Virus record (IMG/VR): IMGVR_UViG_3300037761_000105
Location: 1-48,012 of that record
Reading direction: 5' to 3' (one strand)
DNA from: a virus
Taxonomy: Duplodnaviria; Caudoviricetes
Length of the DNA: 48,012 bases
Positions 16,498 through 25,362 of this stretch are shown here, piece by piece; within the stretch, counting starts at the first letter, position 1; every line of letters starts with the position of its first letter. The notes under the pieces are model-generated. The model saw only the letters and a program-made list of their open reading frames with translations. It was not told where the DNA came from and made no database searches. The translations under genes and the position numbers were made by a program.

Positions 16498-16670
16498 GTC
16501 TGCCTCCGCGTGTTCTGCGGCCGGGCGCGCCATAGCAGCCGCCACACCGACGGGGGCGGTTCGGGTTCGGGTTGGGGTTCGGCCGTCCAGCGCATGGCGT
16601 CGTCGCTGACGCCGTGGTCGGCCAGTGCGGCGTCGATGGCGTCGAGGGTGGGGTTGATGTCGCGGCTCAT
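16494..16670 (-). CDS. Hypothetical protein
   Basis: MSRDINPTLDAIDAAL..DAMRW; GAAGGAG RBS; GTGA overlap. Confidence 0.55.
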   Translation of the reverse strand: MSRDINPTLDAIDAALADHGVSDDAMRWTAEPQPEPEPPPSVWRLLWRARPQNTRRQT

Positions 16671-16744
16671 CCCTGCTCCTTCCTCGCGGCGTGCAGGGCG
16701 GCGCGGGCTGCGGCGGCGCCCCAGGGGGTGGGTGTGTGCGCGTG

Positions 16745-16943
16745 TGGCCCAGGCACGCACACCCCCGTAAGGGGGGGCCACGTGGGCCAAGCGCATTTCC
16801 GCAGGTCAGAGGCCCAATGGATGATCTTGGGCCAAGATATGCCGTGGGCCAGTGGGCCAAGGTGGCATTTCCGCAGGTCAGAGGGTGGCCCAAGCGATCT
16901 TGGGCCACCGTGGGCCACGTGGGCCAAGCGTTTGTCTGGGCCA
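16745..16943. repeat. Iteron-like array, candidate replication origin
   Basis: 8 direct TGGGCCA plus 2 inverted copies; GCATTTCCGCAGGTCAGAGG at 16793-16812 and 16865-16884; GGGCCACGTGGGCCAAGCG at 16775-16793 and 16912-16930. Confidence 0.7.
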
Positions 16944-16970
16944 CGCACATACGTCGATATCCTGCCAAGA

Positions 16971-18374
16971 TCACTCAGTGTCATCGTAGTCTCCGAGCTG
17001 TGTTTTGAGGGCCTCGTACTGCATGACGTACTCACCGAGGACGCGCTGAATCGTGGACCTTGGGATGCCTGTCTGGTCGGCTATGTCGCGCTGCGGGAGG
17101 TCTTTGTCGGCGGCGATCAGTACCTCCTTGATGCGTCCCCATCGAGTTGCGCTTTCGCTTGCGGCGACGGTCCATGGCCACGATCCGCCGCGCTGTAGGA
17201 CGCTGGGCCATTCGCGTTCGTCGCGCATGCCGCGCCAGTGCTCTATCTCGCCTTCCTTGTCGAGCCAGATGCCGAACTCGGGCCATCTGAGCCAGCCGGA
17301 CCAGCCGTACGGCTCGTGGGCGCGACGCTTGGCGCCGCCGAGTGCTTTAGGCGCGTGTGCTTCGAGGATGACGGCGCAGCCGTAGTGGGCGCGGATCTTG
17401 TCCAAGGCCATCGCGACGGGCTTGGCTGATTTCTCCTCAGTGGGGTCGCCGTTGGCGAGTTTGTAAATGGGCCCGGTGATGAGCAGGTCGGGTTTGGTGG
17501 CGGCGACGTGCCGTTCGAGCCAGTCCACATCGTTCGGCTGGGTGAGGTCCAGCCCTTCGGTGCGGAAAGACAGTTGAAGGCGCTCGGGGTCGAGGAATCT
17601 GCCCGCCTGGACGCGTAAGGCGCGGGTCTTGCGGCGGAACTGGCGGCGGGTGTTCTCGCAGTCGACGTACAGGACTCGTAGTGGCGGGTGGGACTCGCCG
17701 GTGAACGGGTGTCGGCCCATGGCGGCTTGGATGGCGATCTGTTGGAGCAGGGTGGACTTGCCGCCGCCTTCGGGCCCGGTGACGATGAGACGGTCTTGGC
17801 GTTCAAGGAGTTCTGGGATGACCCAGTCGTATTCGTCGTCATCGACGCCAGTGAGGACCTGGTCGATGTTCTCAACGGTGAGGGTGTCGGCGCGGGTGCC
17901 GTGGACTTCCTGCTGTACGGCGTCCTCGAGTGCGTCCATGGCATCGACGAGGGCGTCGAGGATGTCGTCGTCAGTGGGCTCGTTGAGACGCTGCGCCGCA
18001 TGCTGTACGGCTTGCTGGGCCCGACGTTGGCGGGCTAGGCGTTGGACACGGCCGGTGTGCCATTGCAGGCTGCTGGTCGGCGCGGCCCGTTCAAGTAGCT
18101 GATGCAGATAGGGCCCGTCGAGCCAGTCGGGCTTGAGGTCGCCGGCGTCTTGGAGCTTGCCGAGGATGGCGGCCGGGTCCAAGGCGCGGCCGTTATTGGC
18201 TGCTGCCGCGAGGTGGGTGGCGAGTGTCTCGTGTTGGGGACGGTAGTAGTCGGTGGGAGTGGGGGTATGGGCCAGAAGTTCGGCGGCCTGGTCGGTGTCG
18301 TCTTGGGCGACGCGTAGCACTGCGCCGAGGATGGCCTGTTCTGCGGCCATGTCATGCGGCGGTGTGCTGGTCAC
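16971..18374 (-). CDS. Replicative helicase: DnaB N-terminal domain + AAA_25 ATPase + C-terminal HTH
   Basis: PPHDMAAEQAILGAVL, DYYRPQH; GPEGGGKS Walker A, VLYVDCEN, ILEAH; QRDIADQTGIPRSTIQR HTH. Confidence 0.8.
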   Translation of the reverse strand: MTSTPPHDMAAEQAILGAVLRVAQDDTDQAAELLAHTPTPTDYYRPQHETLATHLAAAANNGRALDPAAILGKLQDAGDLKPDWLDGPYLHQLLERAAPTSSLQWHTGRVQRLARQRRAQQAVQHAAQRLNEPTDDDILDALVDAMDALEDAVQQEVHGTRADTLTVENIDQVLTGVDDDEYDWVIPELLERQDRLIVTGPEGGGKSTLLQQIAIQAAMGRHPFTGESHPPLRVLYVDCENTRRQFRRKTRALRVQAGRFLDPERLQLSFRTEGLDLTQPNDVDWLERHVAATKPDLLITGPIYKLANGDPTEEKSAKPVAMALDKIRAHYGCAVILEAHAPKALGGAKRRAHEPYGWSGWLRWPEFGIWLDKEGEIEHWRGMRDEREWPSVLQRGGSWPWTVAASESATRWGRIKEVLIAADKDLPQRDIADQTGIPRSTIQRVLGEYVMQYEALKTQLGDYDDTE

Positions 18375-18415
18375 CGGGCTGCTCCTAGATGTCGAGGGCT
18401 AGTTGGTCGGGGTTG

Positions 18416-18571
18416 CTATCGGGTTCGGGCTGCGTGCGGCGGCGGCAGCGTGGACGCTCGTCCGGGGTGGGGATGGATGAGGCAGTCGAAGCGGACCGCG
18501 TGCTTTCGGGCCTCCTCTGGGTCGCTGGTGGTCCAAGTGGGCCGGCAGTCGAGGCAGCGGTACTCGATCAC
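18416..18571 (-). CDS. Small Cys/His protein
   Basis: GTG start with GAAGCG-like weak RBS context; YRCLDC..H; GTGA overlap. Confidence 0.35.
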   Translation of the reverse strand: MIEYRCLDCRPTWTTSDPEEARKHAVRFDCLIHPHPGRASTLPPPHAARTR

Positions 18572-18723
18572 GCCGTATCCCGAAGGAGCGCTTCGATAGG
18601 CACGCCTTCCAGGGCGCTGATGACGAGCCGCACCAGCGCATCATCGTCGGCGTGGTGCGGCCTGTGGTTGAGCAGCGAAAGGGCGAGGTTGATGCGGCCT
18701 TGCAGCTCTGTCTCGCTGGCCAC
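18568..18723 (-). CDS. Hypothetical protein
   Basis: AGGAGG RBS before GTG; MASETELQGRINLAL. Confidence 0.6.
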   Translation of the reverse strand: MASETELQGRINLALSLLNHRPHHADDDALVRLVISALEGVPIEALLRDTA

Positions 18724-18789
18724 TCGCTCACCTCCTGTTGTGGTTACTGAACTGTGATCGCCCCCTTCTGTAATCGGCAAGGCGGGTCG

Positions 18790-18985
18790 TCACAGGGCTG
18801 TGGACAAGTGCGCCGTGGTCTGTGCGGAACTTTCCCCAGCCTGTGGACAGCGCTGGGGACAGGCGGTGCACACAAGGTCGGCCGCCACGTCGCCTTGGAT
18901 GTGTGACCTGCACAGTTGTGCCACCACAGGCTGTGTACACGAACTACTTTTCGAACGTCTCGCGATGTGGGACGCGAATCCACAG
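18790..18985. promoter_or_regulatory. Cluster of DnaA-box-like 9-mers (oriC-like)
   Basis: Perfect TGTGGACAA (=TTGTCCACA) 18799-18807; TGTGGACAG 18842, TGGGGACAG 18854, CTTTCCCCA 18830, TGTGTACAC 18932, GAATCCACA 18976; back-to-back CACAGGCTGTG-type pairs; intergenic. Confidence 0.65.
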
Positions 18986-18991
18986 GTCGGC

Positions 18992-19216
18992 TCACGGCTC
19001 GTCGTCCTCCTCGTCGCCCCACGGCACGCAGTCGTAGTGCGCGTACCTGCCGTCGTTGACGCTGGCGATCTCGCTGCCGGGCACGATCTCGTGAGGGCAG
19101 AACTCGCAGAACCCGAGCCCGGTCGGGGCGATGTCCCGTTCGGGTGGGCGGGCGATCCAGTCGTGTTGGATTTCGACGGTGATGCCGTCGCGGGTGGTGC
19201 GGTAGTCGCCGGTCAC
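18992..19216 (-). CDS. Small putative Zn-binding protein
   Basis: CEFC...H..C; GTGA overlap. Confidence 0.55.
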   Translation of the reverse strand: MTGDYRTTRDGITVEIQHDWIARPPERDIAPTGLGFCEFCPHEIVPGSEIASVNDGRYAHYDCVPWGDEEDDEP

Positions 19217-19986
19217 GGCAGCGTCTCCCGCCCTTGCTCGTCGAGCTGTTCGGGGCCAGCGAAGCCGGGATTGTCGTCCGGCTCGACTTCCTTCTGCAGC
19301 TCGTCGATGACCTTCGACGCCTCGGCCTTGGTGAGCTTCTTGCTCGACTCGACCTCTCGGCCGATGACGTCGCTGACCCAGCGGAGTCGTTGGTCCCGGT
19401 CGGTGATCTCGGCCTTGGTCATGAGCGTTCCGATGAGCCCGAGCTGCTTGTCAGTGACCCTGTCCCCCTCGCCGGGCAGTGGTGGCGCGGCGGCCGTGCG
19501 GCGTGCCGTCGCGCCGGCCTGTTCGGGCTTGGCCGGTGCTTGTCGGGGGCGGGTGTTACGTTGGGCGGTTCGGGGTGCGCCCTCGTTGGCGAGGTGTGTT
19601 TCGTCGTCCTCGTCGGCTGCGATGCCGACTACGGCGGCGAGGCAGTAGCGGCGGGAGTAGGTGATCCGGCCGCCGATCATCTGTATGCCACCTTCACCCG
19701 AGATGGGGAACTCGCCGGTCAATTTCTCGCCGGATTCGTGCAGCAGGTGGTAGCGCAGGCTCATCTTGCCGTCGCCGCCGAGCGCGGGGAACGCGGTGAA
19801 TGCGAGCCCGTTCTTGGCCAGTAGCGGCATGACCTGCTCGGTGAGGGTGGCAAGGGTGACGTACGAGTAGCTGTAGGTGCCGCCGCTCTTCTGCTGGACG
19901 GTGACGGTGCGGTCCCGCTCCAAGGTGGGGAGCTCGGACTGCACCTTGGCGAGTGCTGCGGCGAGCGCGCCGGTGGCGTCACTCAT
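19213..19986 (-). CDS. ERF-family single-strand annealing protein
   Basis: LAAALAKVQ, YSY.TL, G..ITYSRRY.L....GI...EDD. Confidence 0.85.
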   Translation of the reverse strand: MSDATGALAAALAKVQSELPTLERDRTVTVQQKSGGTYSYSYVTLATLTEQVMPLLAKNGLAFTAFPALGGDGKMSLRYHLLHESGEKLTGEFPISGEGGIQMIGGRITYSRRYCLAAVVGIAADEDDETHLANEGAPRTAQRNTRPRQAPAKPEQAGATARRTAAAPPLPGEGDRVTDKQLGLIGTLMTKAEITDRDQRLRWVSDVIGREVESSKKLTKAEASKVIDELQKEVEPDDNPGFAGPEQLDEQGRETLP

Positions 19987-20779
19987 CGCCGACCTCCGTG
20001 AGTCGATAGGTGCTCAAGTGCGGGCTGGACACGGGCGCGCCGACCAGGTCGCGTGACGTTTCGACGAACTCGGCGACCTGCATCAGGTACAGGAACTGGC
20101 GGTGCTGCGTCGGCCCGACCTCGAGCGGGACGACGTCGTATCCATCGGCCCGGACATGGATACCGGCGAACCGGTCGCACTGCGGGATCTCGTACTCGGC
20201 GCCGGCTTCAACGTCCACGTAATGGTCGGCGCCGTGATACGCGGCTAACTGGAGCGCGGTCTCACCGAAGATGCCGGATCGGCTGGTCTTGATGTCCACC
20301 ATCGCCGTGACCCGCCGATCGGTGTCGTCCGGGTCGAGCATGTCGGCGACCAGGTCGAGAGTGCCGCAGTAGTTGTGCGTCGCCGAGTGCACGACGGCCT
20401 CGATGAGGACAGGTTGCACGTCGTACTCGTCGAGGAACCGCACGTACGACTCTACGTAGCCGACGAGCTCGTCCGGCACCTTGACCTGCTCGCCCTTGAC
20501 GAGCCGCTCGGCAAGCTTGTGGACCTGGGTGCCGCGATTGCTGGCGGCGTCCTTGGCTTCCCATCGTGCGCCTTGCAGCTTCTTGAGTCGCGCTGACGGT
20601 GAGAGTTCGCTAAGCGTCTCCCAGTTGTCGATGGCGTACTCGGCGGTCGATGTGGCCGCCCAGTTGATCAGCGCGTCCTTTGGGAGGTTCTTTAGGATGG
20701 TGGTCACGCCGGGGATGCGTTCGCCGGTGTCCTCGTCGATGTACCAGTGGTTCTTGCCACGGTTAACACGCTTGATCAC
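19979..20779 (-). CDS. PD-(D/E)XK exonuclease
   Basis: PGVTTIL, RGTQVH, YCGTLDL, DIKTS, LQLAAY. Confidence 0.8.
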   Translation of the reverse strand: MIKRVNRGKNHWYIDEDTGERIPGVTTILKNLPKDALINWAATSTAEYAIDNWETLSELSPSARLKKLQGARWEAKDAASNRGTQVHKLAERLVKGEQVKVPDELVGYVESYVRFLDEYDVQPVLIEAVVHSATHNYCGTLDLVADMLDPDDTDRRVTAMVDIKTSRSGIFGETALQLAAYHGADHYVDVEAGAEYEIPQCDRFAGIHVRADGYDVVPLEVGPTQHRQFLYLMQVAEFVETSRDLVGAPVSSPHLSTYRLTEVGDE

Positions 20780-21177
20780 TGCTTCTCCTTCGTGGTGTGG
20801 TCCCGCCCGCCCCACACGCCGTAGATTTCGCGTGGCGATGCGGCGGCCCAGGCGTGGCAGGGCGCTATGAGCGGGCAGTCGTCGCGGCACAGCTTCTTGG
20901 CGCGGTTGCGTTCGGCGAGGCTGGCCGACATCCACACGTCGGGCGCCTCCTTGCAGGGCGTGTCGGTGTCGCGGAACGCCTCGAGGAACCGGTCGCGCAG
21001 GCGGGCCTTGTCGTCGCTGATCCGGTTGGTCGGTGTGGCCCGGTTGGTCTTCGCGGCCTTGGAGCGGTTGCTCCGGGCGCACTTGGCGCACCGTTGGGGC
21101 AGGGGCTTGTTGTTGCGCAGGACGGAGCGCACCTGCTTGCAGTCGACACAGGTGACAATGGCGTAACTACCGCTCAT
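20776..21177 (-). CDS. whiB: WhiB-family transcription factor with N-terminal CxxC..CxxC
   Basis: C...AKKLC...CP...C...GVWGG. Confidence 0.75.
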   Translation of the reverse strand: MSGSYAIVTCVDCKQVRSVLRNNKPLPQRCAKCARSNRSKAAKTNRATPTNRISDDKARLRDRFLEAFRDTDTPCKEAPDVWMSASLAERNRAKKLCRDDCPLIAPCHAWAAASPREIYGVWGGRDHTTKEKQ

Positions 21178-21464
21178 CGACCCCCCTCGTCGTGGATGTG
21201 CAGGTGCAAGCCCTGGCCGAGGTACACGTAGCCGCTGGCGGCTTCGACGCTGGCGCGGGCAACACGGGCTGCGGCGGCTGGGGTGAACCCGCGGTTGACG
21301 AGGCGGGCCATGCGGATGGCGACGGTGTATTCGTCGCCGGTGAAGTCTCGGCTGACCCCGCTGCCGCCGTTGTGGTGTGGGTTGAGCCAGCCTTGGCGTA
21401 CCCAGTAGTCGAGCTGCCGATAGCTGATGTCGGTTTGGGCGAGGATCACGTCGTACTTGGTCAT
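21174..21464 (-). CDS. MerR-like HTH DNA-binding protein
   Basis: ISYRQLDYW.RQG.L.P...GSG..R.F. Confidence 0.7.
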   Translation of the reverse strand: MTKYDVILAQTDISYRQLDYWVRQGWLNPHHNGGSGVSRDFTGDEYTVAIRMARLVNRGFTPAAAARVARASVEAASGYVYLGQGLHLHIHDEGGR

Positions 21465-21889
21465 GGCGCCTCGCTCACGGTGATGTCGGCGCCCGGTCGT
21501 TCGCCGTACTGCTTCCACGTTTCGATGTGCACGACTTGCGAGTCGTCGCGGTACACCAAGCCGGTCAGGGCGTCCAGGACGGCGCGGACGAGCTTGTCCA
21601 GGTCGGAGCCGTTGCGCGGCATCGGATAGGTGGGTGCATCGAGTCGTAGTTCCCGTGCTGCGCGGCGACTGTTCGCGGGCAGGTAGTGAGTGTTGGGCCG
21701 CTCGAATCGGAACGTGATGCTCATGACGACGGGGGGTTCCCAGTAGGCGGCCGTGTCCCATTCGAGCTCACCCGCAGCAGTCCGGATGTCCGAGCGCCAT
21801 GCGGGTAGGCCCTTGGACGCTTCCCGCCCGAACTGGTCCTTCGACCCTTGCGGGCGTGGCGTGCCGACGACGACGATGTGCAGGCTCAC
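21461..21889 (-). CDS. rusA: RusA-like Holliday junction resolvase
   Basis: G.P.PQGSK, DLDKLVRAVLDAL, DDSQVV. Confidence 0.85.
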   Translation of the reverse strand: MSLHIVVVGTPRPQGSKDQFGREASKGLPAWRSDIRTAAGELEWDTAAYWEPPVVMSITFRFERPNTHYLPANSRRAARELRLDAPTYPMPRNGSDLDKLVRAVLDALTGLVYRDDSQVVHIETWKQYGERPGADITVSEAP

Positions 21890-22032
21890 TTGTCCCCTCG
21901 TTCCTTGTTGTGCCGCTCGATGCTGCCGGCGCGGCGGCGCTGGTCGCGGCGGTACACCCAGTGGGCGAGGGGGAACAGCGCGGGCAGCAGCAGCAGCGGC
22001 CAGTAGCCGGCCGCTTCGGCGAGCAGGTTCAC
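21886..22032 (-). CDS. Small membrane protein
   Basis: Hydrophobic N-terminus, basic tail; GTGA overlaps at both ends. Confidence 0.5.
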   Translation of the reverse strand: MNLLAEAAGYWPLLLLPALFPLAHWVYRRDQRRRAGSIERHNKERGDK

Positions 22033-22367
22033 GCCTCGGCCCGCCGGACGAGCAGCGCGGCCGGGGCGTGGAAGTCGATGGTGTGCTCGCCTGCCCCGGT
22101 GAACACATGAAGTAGGTCGTCTTCGATCGCGGTGGCGACAACCGTCCGCCAGGCGCCATCGATCCAGATGCGGTCGCCGGGGGCGAGCTGGTCCAGCGCG
22201 GCGTAGTGTTCGCGGGGGGCGGTGTCGGCGAGCAGGTCGGCGTCGGCGAGGGCCTGGGCGGCCGACATCACAGCTTCGATCGGTGACGGCACATGCGCTG
22301 CGGGTTGCCAGTCCCATTCGAGCGCGTCTGCGATCACCTGCGCGGCCTGTTGCACGATGTCCATCAC
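22029..22367 (-). CDS. Hypothetical protein
   Basis: Fits the tightly packed operon; L.PGD.I..DG.W..V SH3-like motif. Confidence 0.55.
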   Translation of the reverse strand: MMDIVQQAAQVIADALEWDWQPAAHVPSPIEAVMSAAQALADADLLADTAPREHYAALDQLAPGDRIWIDGAWRTVVATAIEDDLLHVFTGAGEHTIDFHAPAALLVRRAEA

Positions 22368-22657
22368 TGCCTCGTCTTGTCGTGTCCGGTGGCCGCGAAC
22401 GGCTGAGACGCTGCCGCCTTGTTGGCCTCACGCACGGAGGCCTCGATATCTTCGACCTGTTGGGCGGCGTCGCTGTCGTCGCCGATGTAGATGAGCCGGT
22501 AGCCGGACTCGGTTAGCCACTCGGCTTGGAATCGGGCGATGTCAGGGGCGTGCCAGCGTGCCTTCCATGCCTTGCCTGCGGGACTGTCGTTCGCCGGGTA
22601 CTCGATGCCTGCGGGAAGTGCGGACGCCAGCGCGTTCGGGTCGATGGCGTAGCTCAT
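22364..22657 (-). CDS. Hypothetical protein
   Basis: GAAGGAG RBS; ATGA overlap. Confidence 0.55.
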   Translation of the reverse strand: MSYAIDPNALASALPAGIEYPANDSPAGKAWKARWHAPDIARFQAEWLTESGYRLIYIGDDSDAAQQVEDIEASVREANKAAASQPFAATGHDKTRQ

Positions 22658-22830
22658 ATGGCTCCTTCGATGTGTTTGCGCCATGAGGCGGCTAGTCCGC
22701 ACACCACGCATGGCCCGCCGCTGTAAGGAATGAATGGATGCGGTTCGTCTTGGGCGTCACCGGCGGTGCCGTCGATGCCGAGGTTCTGGCGCCACGCCTC
22801 GCCTTGTTCCTGGAATTCGTGGGTGTCCAT
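22654..22830 (-). CDS. Small hypothetical protein (58 aa)
   Basis: MDTHEFQEQGEAW...HPF...CVVCG...H; fills the gap with overlaps at both ends. Confidence 0.5.
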   Translation of the reverse strand: MDTHEFQEQGEAWRQNLGIDGTAGDAQDEPHPFIPYSGGPCVVCGLAASWRKHIEGAI

Positions 22831-23285
22831 CACTGCCCGCTCTCGTCGTGCCCGGCGGGCCGGGCGTGGGCGTCGAGCAGCGCCATCAGTTCGGCGGGCG
22901 TGACGGTGCCTCTGCCTACCTTCCGCACAAGTTCAACGATCGCCTCCGCCCGATCGAGTTGCTGCCGCGCGGCGGCCAGGTCGGCCTGTAGGTCTTCCCA
23001 CGCCTGCCCGTCGTAACGTTCTAGCTGTTCGTTGGCGGCGTCGCGTTCGGCCACGATGGGGGCGACGACGGTCATGATGAGGTCGAAGCGAAACCGCTCG
23101 GCGCCAGTAAGGGCGTCTGCGATCTGTTCCCGCACCTGCTGTGTGTCGCCGTGCTCGGCGAGCACCCGCAACACCGCGCCGGCCAACTTCTGCGGCTTGT
23201 CAACCAAGGGGCAGCAATCGCAGCGTTCAGTGTGCACAATGATCGCGTCTTCGATCCGTGTCCGCAGCCCGATTCGCTCACTCAT
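22830..23285 (-). CDS. Hypothetical protein
   Basis: Operon fit; coiled-coil-like C-terminus. Confidence 0.55.
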   Translation of the reverse strand: MSERIGLRTRIEDAIIVHTERCDCCPLVDKPQKLAGAVLRVLAEHGDTQQVREQIADALTGAERFRFDLIMTVVAPIVAERDAANEQLERYDGQAWEDLQADLAAARQQLDRAEAIVELVRKVGRGTVTPAELMALLDAHARPAGHDESGQ

Positions 23286-23874
23286 CGCCGACCCCCATTC
23301 GTGCGTCACGTGCAGCCTGCTTGCCGCGCCACCACCGCTCGGCGCGCTGTAGCTGCTCGTCCAGCCAGCGTGCGAACCTGCCCTGCGGCCCGGCCTGCTC
23401 GACCGGGCGGGGCATCAGATACGTGCCTTCCATGGCCGGGACGAGGGCGGGCACGCCGGGCATGTCGTCGCCGGTGTCGGCGTCCATGTACTCCTGCACC
23501 GGGTTGAAGCGCTGCTCGTACATCTCGGCCATCACGTCGGACGGCCGGCGCGAGATCCAGCCGACTATAGGTTCGGCTGGCAGCTTGGCCCGAGCGGGCG
23601 GTGCCATGGTGATGATCGCCTCTGACGGCCACAGCCATTTGAGGCTCTGGAAGTAAGCGGCGAACTCCCACCGCCCCAGATCCTCGACTGAGGGCCATTT
23701 CTCAGGCAGTACGGTGACACTGGCCGCGTCATCGAACTGTTCGGTGGCCTCACGCCATTCAGTCCATGCAGCTGCCCACCGTTCGGCAGCTTCGTCACGC
23801 CACGTCATGAGCTCGTCAGTCCAGCGGCGCTGGTGAGTTGCGCGATCGAGCTTCTCGATCATCGGGGTGGTCAT
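23278..23874 (-). CDS. Hypothetical protein
   Basis: GAGGAG RBS; Trp-rich ORF in the early operon. Confidence 0.55.
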   Translation of the reverse strand: MTTPMIEKLDRATHQRRWTDELMTWRDEAAERWAAAWTEWREATEQFDDAASVTVLPEKWPSVEDLGRWEFAAYFQSLKWLWPSEAIITMAPPARAKLPAEPIVGWISRRPSDVMAEMYEQRFNPVQEYMDADTGDDMPGVPALVPAMEGTYLMPRPVEQAGPQGRFARWLDEQLQRAERWWRGKQAARDARMGVGDE

Positions 23875-24100
23875 GACTGCTCCTCGTCGCTGGTGGTGTG
23901 CGGGTCCCGCTCAGCTACGAGATCACGCAGCAGCTCTGCGTGTGCGGGATGGATGGGTTGTTCACTCATCGCCGTGTCCTTCCTCCTCCAGCCACAGCCC
24001 GCCCTCGGCCCTCACCAGCGGCGGGGCCTGCACCGGCCCGGTAATGCCGTCGAGCGGGCCGGGAGGGCCGACCGGATGGGCGGCGGCGTCGGCGTGCCAT

Positions 24101-24421
24101 TCAGTCCTCATCGCTGGCCTCCACGTGGTCGTGGATCCTGTCGGGATCCATCACTAGGCCGTGGTCCTCCCGCACGCGGACGTGGGACAGGCTTTCCAGC
24201 CATGCCGGATCAACGGGTTGGGGATCAGGGTCGTGGATCAGCGCCAGCGCCTCGGCGGTGTGCTCGGCGAAGGTCTGCGGCGGGTCGTCGGCGTGGACGA
24301 GCCGCCAGCCGGACTCGGCGAGACGCTCGGCGATGTACTGCGCCAGATCGGGCAGGAAGTAGTCGTCCTCGATGCTGTCGGGCAGGGCGGACGCCAGCGC
24401 GGCGGCGGTGCGGTCGGTCAT
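24101..24421 (-). CDS. Hypothetical protein
   Basis: GAAGGAG RBS. Confidence 0.6.
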   Translation of the reverse strand: MTDRTAAALASALPDSIEDDYFLPDLAQYIAERLAESGWRLVHADDPPQTFAEHTAEALALIHDPDPQPVDPAWLESLSHVRVREDHGLVMDPDRIHDHVEASDED

Positions 24422-24506
24422 AGTTAGACTCCTTCGTGTAGGTAGCGATCAGGTCCGGCACGGGGAAGGCTTGGCCTGGTCGCTGCTTGCTGTTCAGTTG
24501 TCGTGA

Positions 24507-24573
24507 CCGCTGCCGGGGAGCCGGCCGCTCCGCCTTTAGGGGGGGTAAGGCACCGGCTCAACCCGGCAGCGGC
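24507..24573. terminator. Long intergenic hairpin
   Basis: CCGCTGCCGGG-GAGCCGG ... CCGGCTC-AA-CCCGGCAGCGG inverted repeat. Confidence 0.45.
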
Positions 24574-24742
24574 GCTTGTCGGGGCGGGCGCCAGAGCTAG
24601 GCGAGTCGTGGGCTACCCACCCCGCCGACTAGGGGTCCGGGTCGTCCCCGAACGGTCTGCCGCGGGGCCTGCATCGCCAGCGAGGCACCGACGGTCAGGA
24701 CAAATCCGAGGGCGACGCCGAGACCGAAGGCGACCAGGCCGG

Positions 24743-25000
24743 TCACATCGCCACCGCCGTCTCCCGCTCGGCAAGCCGTGCCCGCAGCGTCTGGTTCTCG
24801 GCCTGCAACCCGTCGATGGTGCGGTCCGCCGCCCCGCGCACCGCCGCCAGCTCGCGGTACAGGTCGGTGGCGACGATGTACGCGTCGACGATGCGCGCCA
24901 GGTTCGCACCGTGCTCTGCGGGCGTGGCGGTCCACGTCCGGTCGTCCTGGATGCGTTGGGCGTAGTCGGCCAGGTCGTGCTGCAACTGACGGCGCGGCAT
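24743..25000 (-). CDS. Hypothetical coiled-coil protein
   Basis: MPRRQLQHDLADYAQ...; TGATG overlap. Confidence 0.5.
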   Translation of the reverse strand: MPRRQLQHDLADYAQRIQDDRTWTATPAEHGANLARIVDAYIVATDLYRELAAVRGAADRTIDGLQAENQTLRARLAERETAVAM

Positions 25001-25362
25001 CACGCCACCGCCTGCATGTCGCAGCCACACCAGCCGGTCGGACGGAAGGAAATCGGTCCCGACACGGACATGTGCTCGCATGCCCAGGTGCGGCACGAAA
25101 GCGGCAAAGCCGCTGACGTGACACCCGACGGGCCGTGATTGAACGCTGCGATCACATCCTCGGCCGGCTCGTCCTCCTCATAGAAGGCTTGGTCGAACTC
25201 AGCCTCGGTCGTGTCGAACTCGGCGAATTCGTCCTCGCCCTCCAGCACAGCGCGCTCAATGACGAACCGCAGCAGTTGACTCACGCTGAGGCCCAGGTCG
25301 GCGGCGACCTGACGGAATCGCTCAGACCAGTCGTCTGATACACGGACGGACAGCACACTCAT
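25000..25362 (-). CDS. Ribbon-helix-helix (CopG-like) DNA-binding protein
   Basis: VLSVRVSDD...F...A..LGLSVSQLLR; AAGGGGG RBS. Confidence 0.65.
   Translation of the reverse strand: MSVLSVRVSDDWSERFRQVAADLGLSVSQLLRFVIERAVLEGEDEFAEFDTTEAEFDQAFYEEDEPAEDVIAAFNHGPSGVTSAALPLSCRTWACEHMSVSGPISFRPTGWCGCDMQAVA

Noticed and set aside
16745-16943. CRISPR array or coding N-terminus of the 413-aa ORF
   Set aside because: Repeats are short, irregularly spaced and in both orientations, with no unique spacers; downstream genes have their own RBS or overlap starts
19979-20779. Cas4/CRISPR association
   Set aside because: Paired with ERF as a standard recombination module; no cas genes or array
24533-24545. 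Recurrent CC(T)TTAGGGGGG-like loop motif (also near 31085 and 16762)
   Set aside because: Too short and low-complexity to distinguish from chance
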